64,000 nt of DNA from Bdellovibrio sp. (GTDB lineage Bacteria > Bdellovibrionota > Bdellovibrionia > Bdellovibrionales > Bdellovibrionaceae), in assembly GCA_036677065.1 (NCBI GenBank), contig JAKFBS010000004.1, positions 224,001-288,000 of the forward strand. Reading direction: 5' to 3'. The position numbers were made by a program, and so were the translations under genes. Below are positions 56,227-64,000 of the stretch, piece by piece (position 1 is the stretch's first letter; every line of letters starts with the position of its first letter). The notes below the pieces were generated by a model that had not been told where the DNA came from, searched no databases, and was given only the letters and a program-made list of their open reading frames with translations.

Positions 56227-56673
56227 TTATCTAAACGCGCGATGTAGTTTAGTTTTAGTCGTGCAAGATCTTGTTCCATCCGGATGATCCACACACACTT
56301 TTTCTTCTTGATAATCAGCAGATTGGCTATTGTATTGGCCATTTGATAAATCGTTTAAATCACCACTTACACCACGCCCTGAAACCACTTTTCCCGGTGG
56401 GTTTGAAACGTGAAAAATCGCCACTAAAACCAATGAAAAAACAAAGATGACTGCGACTGGTAAAATGTGTGATTTAAAATTAAATTCTTTAGGTTTCAAC
56501 AAATCAGAATATTGCGCATCAAGTGCCAACACTTCGCGTGAATTTTCAAGATTTGCCGGAGGTAAATTCTGTTTATGCGCTGGCACATTATAGCTTGGAC
56601 GCGTCGGAAGTTGTTCGCCTTTTTGGGGCCCTGTGACCAGCTGTTTTTTTGTTTTAAAATCTACCTTAGACAT
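56227..56673 (-). CDS. Hypothetical single-TM protein
   Basis: 148-aa ORF with one hydrophobic helix and a C-terminal Cys pair. Confidence 0.65.
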   Translation of the reverse strand: MSKVDFKTKKQLVTGPQKGEQLPTRPSYNVPAHKQNLPPANLENSREVLALDAQYSDLLKPKEFNFKSHILPVAVIFVFSLVLVAIFHVSNPPGKVVSGRGVSGDLNDLSNGQYNSQSADYQEEKVCVDHPDGTRSCTTKTKLHRAFR

Positions 56674-56790
56674 GGTTATTTATCGGTAGAGCAGCGCTTG
56701 GTCTTGAATGACTCATTTTGATGCATAATACGCGCAAAATATGCATAAAAGATTCATTGAGGATAGAGCTAGTTATGGTTAGATTACGGA

Positions 56791-58221
56791 ATGCAAAATA
56801 CACATCCAATTATTATTCAAGGTGGAATGGGAATCGCAGTCTCTGACTGGAGACTAGCAAAAACCGTAGCAGAAACAGGGCAGCTTGGAATCGTTTCTGG
56901 AACCGCAATTAATTCAGTATTAGTCAGACGTCTTCAAGATGGTGATTCACAAGGTGATACTCGTCGCGCATTAAAAGCTTTTCCTTCACAAGAGATCGCA
57001 CAGAAAATTTTAGACAATTATTTTATCGAAGGTGGCCGTCCCAAAGACCAACCGTACAAACGCGCTCCGATGTTTAATATTAAATCTTCACAATTATTAT
57101 TACAAACTACGGTAGCCGCTGCTTTTGTTGAAGTGTGGTTAGCTCGAGAAGGTCATACTGGTAAAGTGGGTATTAATCTTTTAGAAAAAGTTCACTTACC
57201 AAACTTACCCTGTCTTTACGGCGCTATGCTTGCCGGTGTGGATTACGTTATCATGGGTGCAGGGATTCCGCGTGAAATTCCAGGTTGCTTAGATTTATTA
57301 AGCGAAAATAAAACCGCAGCGATCAAAGTTCCCGTTGTTGGTCAGGATGAAGACTCACTTACATATTTTAATCCAGTAGAAGTTATGGAAAACACGGCGT
57401 TAGTTCCTTTAAAACGTCCGTTCTTTTTTCCGATTGTTTCGTCTGCTGTTTTAGCTAAGAACTTAAAATTAAAATCTACAGGCCGTGTTGATGGTTTTAT
57501 CGTAGAGGGTCCTTTAGCCGGTGGTCACAATGCGCCTCCGCGTGGACCAATGAAATTAAATGCTCTAGGCGAACCAATCTATGGTGAACGCGATGCTGTT
57601 GACCTTGCAGATATGAAAGCCTTAGAGCTTCCATTCTGGATGGCCGGTTATTATGCCACTCCTGAAAAATTAAAAGATGTTCAATCACAAGGTGCCCACG
57701 GTATTCAAGTCGGTACTTTATTCGCATTTTCAGATGAATCAGGTGTAGCTCTTGAACACCGTCAGTTTGCGATTGATCAAATTAAAAATAAACCTGCTCC
57801 TGAAGGCGGTTGGATTTTTACAGATCCAAGATCATCTCCTACAAACTTTCCGTTTAAAGCGGCTCGTTTTCCAGGAACAATCTCAGAAGAAAAATTATAT
57901 TTAGCGCGTACTCGCATCTGTGATTTAGGTTATTTACGTCACGCTTACAAAAAAGAAGACGGAACCGTTGGTCAGCGTTGTCCTGCAGAGCCGGTCAAAG
58001 ACTATCTTAAAAAAGGTGGCCTTGAAGAAGACACTGTCGGAAGAAAGTGTTTATGTAATGCTTTGATGGCCGATGTGGGCATGGGGCAAATCCAAGCTAA
58101 CGGTGAACCAGAATTGCCATTATTAACTGCCGGCGATGATTTAAATAACATCGTACGCATGATTAAACCGGGTAAAAACTCGTATTCGGCAAAAGATGTG
58201 ATCGCTTATCTTCTAGCTTAA
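56791..58221 (+). CDS. Nitronate monooxygenase/2-nitropropane dioxygenase (FabK-like) flavoprotein with Cys-rich C-terminus
   Basis: IIQGGMG, GAGIP, EGPLAGGH and QVGTLF motifs; RICD...RCP...KCLCN. Confidence 0.85.
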   Translation: MQNTHPIIIQGGMGIAVSDWRLAKTVAETGQLGIVSGTAINSVLVRRLQDGDSQGDTRRALKAFPSQEIAQKILDNYFIEGGRPKDQPYKRAPMFNIKSSQLLLQTTVAAAFVEVWLAREGHTGKVGINLLEKVHLPNLPCLYGAMLAGVDYVIMGAGIPREIPGCLDLLSENKTAAIKVPVVGQDEDSLTYFNPVEVMENTALVPLKRPFFFPIVSSAVLAKNLKLKSTGRVDGFIVEGPLAGGHNAPPRGPMKLNALGEPIYGERDAVDLADMKALELPFWMAGYYATPEKLKDVQSQGAHGIQVGTLFAFSDESGVALEHRQFAIDQIKNKPAPEGGWIFTDPRSSPTNFPFKAARFPGTISEEKLYLARTRICDLGYLRHAYKKEDGTVGQRCPAEPVKDYLKKGGLEEDTVGRKCLCNALMADVGMGQIQANGEPELPLLTAGDDLNNIVRMIKPGKNSYSAKDVIAYLLA

Positions 58222-58404
58222 GTTATAATCTGGCAGGCCTGAAAATTACGGCATTGTGTTTAAAAATTAGGGTAAACATCAGATTTACGCTACGCACAAG
58301 GCACTTATTTAGCCCAAAGGCTTGCTTTTTTTACCCAAAAACCCCTTCAATAATGAATGATACCTTAAAATTCAGTATCGATTTATGTATTGAAAGGCCT
58401 TGTT

Positions 58405-60063
58405 TTGAGCAAAATTACGAAAAGTAGTACGGCAGAATATTTCGCAAAAAACCTTCAACAGGTAGGGTTTTCTTCACCTTTAAAAGCGGTTTTAACCACT
58501 CTTAAAGAGGCTGTTGATAACTCGCTTGATGCTTGCGAAGGTGCTGAAATTCTTCCGGAATTAGAAATTGAAGTTAAAAAAGTTGGTGTTGGATCGACGA
58601 AAAACACCGATTTAATCAGGATTGTCGTAGAAGATAACGGACCCGGAATCGATGGCGATGATTTAGCTAAGGTTTTCGGAGAGTATTTAGCCTCTTCTAA
58701 ATTTGGCCGCGGACAATGTTCGCGCGGGCAACAAGGTATTGGTATTTCTGCAGCGACAACATGGGCGCAGATGACCAATGCAAAAGGTGTTCAAGTTATT
58801 TCAAAAACAAAAAACATGCGCAAAGCCATCAGTGCGCAAGTTGACGTCGATATTAAGACAAATACCGGTATTTTACGTAATAAAGAGACCCTAGAATGGA
58901 AGAAAAATAACGGCACTCGCGTTGAATTCCTTATGGATGGCCGCATTCAAATGAATGGTGACGGTGGTCTTTTAACTTACATTGAAGGTACTGTTTTAGT
59001 TAATCCGCATTTAACAGTAACTTACAAATTAGGTGACACTGATAAAGGTAAAATTGAGCGCGTTTCAAATGAAACTCCAGAAATTCCTGAAGCAACTTTA
59101 CCGCATCCGCACACGTTTAAATTGGGTGAATTTATCACGCATTCTCATTTGTACGGAAAAATCTCTTTATCTAAGTTTTTAAAGACAGGTTTTTCGCGAA
59201 TTTCTGATCAATCGATCAAAGATTTCGTAAAACATGGAATGCCTAAAGGCCTTGTTGATAAAAATCTTGGCTCTATGAGCGAAGAAGATTTCAAAAAAGC
59301 ATTCCAAGCTGTTCAAGCCACTGAATTAATGGCTCCTTCGACAAAATCGGTTTTAACGGTAGGTGAAGATGCACTTGCAAAATCGATTGAACGTTTAGGG
59401 CAAGTGGATTTCTTATCAGTAGTGACAAGAAAACCAACGATTTGTGACTTTAAACCTGTGGTTGTCGAAGTGGCATTAGCGCGCTTTATCGATCGCGGAT
59501 CAGAAGGCGAGCCCGTTCAACTTTTACGTTTTGCGAATCGTGTTCCGTTACAATTTGATAAATCAGGTTGTGCAATCACTTGGGCGATTGAATCAGTTAA
59601 CTGGAAATCTTATGGTTTAGGACAACCGAAAGAATCGTTACCACAAGGGCCATACGTTTTTGCGGTTTCAATTGTTTCTCCGTTTATTAAATTTAAAAAT
59701 GCGTCGAAAGAAACAATCGATGCTTCTGATGAATTAGTTGAAGAAATCCGTCGTGCGTTAATGCAAGCCGGACAAAAACTTTCACGTCATATCAAACATG
59801 AAATGAAAGAAGCTGATTTAGAAAGAAAACTAGCGCATATCGAGCAGTTTGGCCCGATTCTAGTAGAAAAACTGGTTACAATTTCTGGAGCAAACGCTTC
59901 TAGAAAGAAAAAAGCCGAAGAAGGATTACGTAAGATTTTAGGACGCGATTCTGACGAAGCAGTAAATCAACTAGAAGAAGCTCAAACTAAATTAGCTGCA
60001 CAAAAACAAAAAGAAGCTAAAAAAATGGGTTCAGCAGCTGATGAAGCTGGTAAAGGTTCATAA
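58405..60063 (+). CDS. top6B: DNA topoisomerase VI subunit B
   Basis: AEYFAKN...VGF, KEAVDNSLDACE, EDNGPGI, SRGQQGIGISAA and RFANRVPL motifs; TTG 58405 taken as start. Confidence 0.95.
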   Translation: MSKITKSSTAEYFAKNLQQVGFSSPLKAVLTTLKEAVDNSLDACEGAEILPELEIEVKKVGVGSTKNTDLIRIVVEDNGPGIDGDDLAKVFGEYLASSKFGRGQCSRGQQGIGISAATTWAQMTNAKGVQVISKTKNMRKAISAQVDVDIKTNTGILRNKETLEWKKNNGTRVEFLMDGRIQMNGDGGLLTYIEGTVLVNPHLTVTYKLGDTDKGKIERVSNETPEIPEATLPHPHTFKLGEFITHSHLYGKISLSKFLKTGFSRISDQSIKDFVKHGMPKGLVDKNLGSMSEEDFKKAFQAVQATELMAPSTKSVLTVGEDALAKSIERLGQVDFLSVVTRKPTICDFKPVVVEVALARFIDRGSEGEPVQLLRFANRVPLQFDKSGCAITWAIESVNWKSYGLGQPKESLPQGPYVFAVSIVSPFIKFKNASKETIDASDELVEEIRRALMQAGQKLSRHIKHEMKEADLERKLAHIEQFGPILVEKLVTISGANASRKKKAEEGLRKILGRDSDEAVNQLEEAQTKLAAQKQKEAKKMGSAADEAGKGS

Positions 60064-60090
60064 GTTTAAGCGAAGCTTAACGGAGATAAA

Positions 60091-61251
60091 GTGGCATTAA
60101 TTAAAGTTCGTGAATTAAGATTAGATATTCCTAAAGAAGCTAAAAACTTAGCTGAAAGAATGCTTTCTGATTTAGAAAAATCAAAAAGACCCTACTTAGA
60201 GGCAGTAAAAACTTCTTTAGATAACTCAAACTACAATGCAAAAGTGGGTTATTTAACTCCCGGAGAAAAAATTGTTCGCACAGAACTAAATGTTTCTTCA
60301 GTACAAAAATTAGCGCGCGTTGTTTTCATGTTAGAAATTTTACTTCGCAATTTAGATATCGGCGCAGTGAATACAAAAAGGGAGTTATACTACATCTGTA
60401 AAGGTCTTATCAAAGGCGACAACAGATACAGACCGTTAGATTTTGATGATCAGGATGAATCAGACAGCATCATCGATTTTATCGGTGATATGTTAGAAGT
60501 TTATCGTGAAGAATTAAACTGCTACGCCAATGATCGTGGTGGCCAAACTTACTCTCAGCAGTTAGTTGTAACTGAAACACTACCAGACGGGGATAAAGCC
60601 AATGTTGATTTATCTACGCTTGGAACAACGCCGTTTCAGCCAAAAAACAGACCGCAATCTTTAAAACTTAAAGCTAAAAAGAAAATTGATTTCTGCTTAG
60701 TGGTAGAGTCTGAAGGTACTGCCGGCACCCTGCAATCAATGGGTTTCACAAAACGTAATAACTGTATTTTGATGGGTGCTCAAGGGGTTCCATCAAATGG
60801 TGTTCGCGGTTGGTGTAAACTAATCGAAAACCAGCTAGACGTACCGATGTATTTCTTCGGGGATCTGGATGCGTACACGATGCAAAATATCTTCCGTACG
60901 TTAAAAGCAGGATCTGCTGCTTCATTAATTCGTAACGGCGATTTCTCGGCACCGAACGTAAGATTCTTAGGAGTTTTACCGGGCGATGTGAAAAAATATG
61001 ATCTTCCACATTACAAAGTTAAAGAATCTGATCCTGCAGAAGCAAGACAGCTTAAAAAAGCAAAAGATGCGCTAGAGAACGATCCATTCTTCCGTGATAA
61101 AAAGAATAAAGAGTTGTCAGATATTTTACGCTGGTTAATTAAAGAAAAAATCCGTTGCGAGCAACAAAGTTATTTCTCGGTTGACCCAAAAGATCCGATC
61201 AAGACTGAAAAAATCATTCTTGAAAAGATTAAACGTGGAGACTACGTTTAA
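60091..61251 (+). CDS. top6A: DNA topoisomerase VI subunit A (Spo11-like)
   Basis: TKRELYY (catalytic Tyr), QDESDSII, VVESE, GVP and TOPRIM GDLDAY; directly downstream of top6B. Confidence 0.95.
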   Translation: MALIKVRELRLDIPKEAKNLAERMLSDLEKSKRPYLEAVKTSLDNSNYNAKVGYLTPGEKIVRTELNVSSVQKLARVVFMLEILLRNLDIGAVNTKRELYYICKGLIKGDNRYRPLDFDDQDESDSIIDFIGDMLEVYREELNCYANDRGGQTYSQQLVVTETLPDGDKANVDLSTLGTTPFQPKNRPQSLKLKAKKKIDFCLVVESEGTAGTLQSMGFTKRNNCILMGAQGVPSNGVRGWCKLIENQLDVPMYFFGDLDAYTMQNIFRTLKAGSAASLIRNGDFSAPNVRFLGVLPGDVKKYDLPHYKVKESDPAEARQLKKAKDALENDPFFRDKKNKELSDILRWLIKEKIRCEQQSYFSVDPKDPIKTEKIILEKIKRGDYV

Positions 61252-61278
61252 GTTAAGAAATTCGACTTCGTCGAAATT

Positions 61279-61309
61279 AAAAAAAGCCAGGGTGACCTGG
61301 CTTTTTTTT
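61279..61309. terminator. Bidirectional rho-independent terminator
   Basis: AAAAAAAGCCAGG-GTGA-CCTGGCTTTTTTTT between convergent genes. Confidence 0.9.
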
Positions 61310-61325
61310 ATACGTTCCTTACCTT

Positions 61326-63203
61326 TTAAGGAACCTGTGTTGCAGGAACAATAAGTTTTCCATTTACTATACGGTGACCACGATCAGGAGCTGCTACGGC
61401 TTTTGAATTTTTATCATAGCGAATCGTTATTAACTGATCTTTAAGCGGATCATAGTTCATATTACGATTTACCGGCACATGGCAGCTCAGTTTAGATTCT
61501 TCATCCATTTTAAAATGCTCAAGCATTTTATTACGGCGCTCTACCAGTTTTGCATGGCCAAGTACAACTTCGGCTGAACTTAAACCAGAGGCCACTAAGG
61601 CACTTTTGATTTGCTCAGACGAGTATTGGCAAAGTTTGCGTAACATCCATTGAGCATCTGTTAATTTAATTTTAGAAAACGCTTTGGCATGCTCTAAATT
61701 GCCAATTCCAGATAATTTAATTCGTTGTTGTACTTTTTCTTGCGGCCAGCGGTCATCATTTTGGTTCATATCTTCATAAACTGAAGACACTTCCCATTCC
61801 ATAGTATCGACTGACGAACCTTTGCGTGAAACACCAGTAGCGTGACCCAAGCCAGAACCAGCATCGCCAAAACCAAGACGTAATTGTTTTTTACCTTTGC
61901 CATTGGGAACAGCCATTAAACGTAAATTATCTTTACGGATATCGTAATTACCAGTCCAAGCAGCTAAAACCATGATGCCACGGATCTCTTTAAAATCGCG
62001 GTAATTGAAATCATCAGGAATCCATGGGCCAAGCTCGTCGCCGGTCACAGGATCATCTTTTAAGGTTAACGATGAAGAACCAAATACAAATTGATCGATT
62101 TGTGATTCAAAGTTTACATCGATCATGTCCGCAGTCAGTGTTTCTTCGATAGGGCGGGTGATTAAACGTGCTTGTGCAGTTTTTGCGTCAACAAAAGTAC
62201 CATCTTTTAGTTTCACACCTTTCATCCAAGAAAACGGATTAATAAATTCTTTCTTTACTTTTTTATAGATCGGAATAGCAATCAAAGTTAATTTGAAAGA
62301 CATAACTAAACGTTCATTGAATTCTAAGATAACCCGGCGATCATAATCTATATTTAAAGTTTCATAGTAGTTGATGTGCGGAGCAATGAATCCTAACGAG
62401 CGGTAAATGCGTGAATTTAACGGGCCCGAGTACTCTTCGTTACCGAATTTCATTTTATAAGAATTTTCGCCGCATTTAATATGAAAGCCGGCGTGAACGC
62501 CGTAGCCGCGTTTTGCTTTTTCATATTGGCAGCTGCTTTTAATATCTTTAAAATTGAAGTCGTGTGCGAAATCAATCTTTGCAATATCTTTTTCTTGTAC
62601 GATTTCATCACGCAAGAATTTCAAATCAGGGTCTTGACCTTTGTAGTTTTCAGAAACACTTGGTGAAGATAAAAAGCGGGCGATATGAACGGGAAAAGTA
62701 AAAAATTCGTATTTGCCTTTAACTGGCTCTGTGTACGTTAATTCGATAGCGCGAGCGACCTGAGCGATCTGATATTTAACTTCTTCAAGGCCGATTTCAC
62801 CAGATCTACCGCGCTCAAATAATTCTGCAATATATTTAGCTGAATCTTTTAATGCGCCATCTGTGAAATCAAATTTGTTAAACGGCTTTTTTGTTTCACG
62901 GCCGGTGATGATTTGGTCCGTTTCAATGTTTGCATCTTTACGACGTTTATATTCTTTTAAGAACGCCTGAGCGCCGCGCTCGATAGCTGCTAAGTCACCG
63001 GTATTATTAAGGTCAAAGCGGCGAAATTTAACTTCTGGTTGATTGATCGTAGTTTCATCAAAGAAGTAAGCTTCGCCAAGTTTTGCTCTACCGTAAGTCG
63101 AACTCGGTTCACGTTCAGACACCGGTTTAGAAGTACAGGCTGCGATTAGGACGAAGATCGCCAATAAACATATAGATAATACTGTCTTAATATATTGCTT
63201 CAT
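61326..63203 (-). CDS. Lipoprotein with putative atypical kinase-like fold
   Basis: Lipobox IAAC; YKMKF..E...SRIYRSLGF, WTGNYDIRKDNL and FGDAGSGLG motifs. Confidence 0.6.
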   Translation of the reverse strand: MKQYIKTVLSICLLAIFVLIAACTSKPVSEREPSSTYGRAKLGEAYFFDETTINQPEVKFRRFDLNNTGDLAAIERGAQAFLKEYKRRKDANIETDQIITGRETKKPFNKFDFTDGALKDSAKYIAELFERGRSGEIGLEEVKYQIAQVARAIELTYTEPVKGKYEFFTFPVHIARFLSSPSVSENYKGQDPDLKFLRDEIVQEKDIAKIDFAHDFNFKDIKSSCQYEKAKRGYGVHAGFHIKCGENSYKMKFGNEEYSGPLNSRIYRSLGFIAPHINYYETLNIDYDRRVILEFNERLVMSFKLTLIAIPIYKKVKKEFINPFSWMKGVKLKDGTFVDAKTAQARLITRPIEETLTADMIDVNFESQIDQFVFGSSSLTLKDDPVTGDELGPWIPDDFNYRDFKEIRGIMVLAAWTGNYDIRKDNLRLMAVPNGKGKKQLRLGFGDAGSGLGHATGVSRKGSSVDTMEWEVSSVYEDMNQNDDRWPQEKVQQRIKLSGIGNLEHAKAFSKIKLTDAQWMLRKLCQYSSEQIKSALVASGLSSAEVVLGHAKLVERRNKMLEHFKMDEESKLSCHVPVNRNMNYDPLKDQLITIRYDKNSKAVAAPDRGHRIVNGKLIVPATQVP

Positions 63204-63410
63204 ATGGGCCCAAATCGGCTGTTTGGGACTGTGTCTTAACTGAACAACACGAAGTTTAGCTTTTGGCCTAGCTTTCTGTTTATAAATATGACATGTAATC
63301 GTTCCATGAAAGCCGCCAATAAAAGGGTTTCTGGCCTTTTGGCCAAAAAGGCTCTGAAAAATTGGCGCTTATCTTGTATATAGAGTCCTAATTGTTCGTT
63401 TGGGGGAAAA

Positions 63411-64000
63411 ATGAAACTAGTTACCACTGCGCTTTTAACGTCTTTGCTTGTTTTGTCAGCTTGTACTCAGAGCCAAAATAGCAAATCTAAAATGATTCCG
63501 TTATTACAGGATTCACAAAATATCATCAGCACGCGTCCACAGAATCAAACGCACGTGATGGCTTTAGTTAAGCTTAAATCTCCTTCACTTCTTGAGACTT
63601 CGTCTAAAGAAGAAGGCGTTACGATCGTTAGTAATGAACAGGCCGCTTCAATCTTAGCCGAGCAAGAAAAAGCTATCGCTGATATGAAAGCTTTAGATGC
63701 TGAAGTTCAGGTTCTTTATAAATACAAATATGTTCTTAATGCAGTTTCTGTACTTGCCCCAATTGCAGTTTTAGAAAAATTAAAAGCTGTTGGCACGATT
63801 GCCTCTTGGGAAGGTATCGGAACATTTGCTCGTCCAATCACTTTTAAAACTGATGGTTTAGCTGCGGCGACAAAATCAATCACTGAAAGAAACTCTTCTA
63901 AATTTATCGGTGCAGAAAAATTAAATCTTGCTGGCCTTACAGGTAAAGGTATCAAAGTAGGTATCATCGATACAGGTATCGACTACACGCACGCCATGTT
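63411..64000 (+). CDS. S8 subtilisin-family serine protease lipoprotein (3'-truncated by the window end)
   Basis: Translated by hand: lipobox LSAC, I9-like prodomain (YKYKYVLNAVSV) and GLTGKGIKVGIIDTGIDYTH catalytic Asp motif; frame open to the end. Confidence 0.92.
   Translation, partial: MKLVTTALLTSLLVLSACTQSQNSKSKMIPLLQDSQNIISTRPQNQTHVMALVKLKSPSLLETSSKEEGVTIVSNEQAASILAEQEKAIADMKALDAEVQVLYKYKYVLNAVSVLAPIAVLEKLKAVGTIASWEGIGTFARPITFKTDGLAAATKSITERNSSKFIGAEKLNLAGLTGKGIKVGIIDTGIDYTHAM

Noticed and set aside
63236..63967. Minus-strand ORFs 63236..63427 and 63716..63967
   Set aside because: They overlap the promoter region and antisense strand of the clear plus-strand S8 protease gene starting at 63411.

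Overview
The window looks like chromosomal DNA from a Bdellovibrionota predator (Bdellovibrio/Pseudobdellovibrio-like). This is inferred from a giant mosaic S74-chaperone fibre gene, TIGR02147-type regulators, 'FQNC' lipoboxes, a bacterial topoisomerase VI operon and many secreted orphans. Left to right it holds: a 5'-truncated fibre/adhesin gene of more than 2250 aa; a Y1/HUH transposase-like gene with paired palindromes; a secreted alpha-amylase; a general-stress-like cluster with disordered Ser/Arg/Gly-rich proteins; signalling and repair genes (hybrid kinase, recQ, DEAD helicase, FAN1-like nuclease fused to a DEDDh exonuclease); two TIGR02147 modules; two paralogous secreted lytic-transglycosylase-like genes and mtgA; tRNA-Arg(UCU) with a 1.8 kb islet bounded by a 12-bp copy of its 3' end; an 8-gene envelope heme/Tat/lipoprotein cluster (35681-43208), the best candidate for an undescribed system; lipid genes with a sigma54 activator; serA near a D-2-hydroxyacid dehydrogenase; grxD-bolA; top6B-top6A; a secreted kinase-fold lipoprotein; and a truncated subtilase. 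No CRISPR array, rRNA or reverse transcriptase was seen. All family calls come from motif recognition by eye, not database searches.
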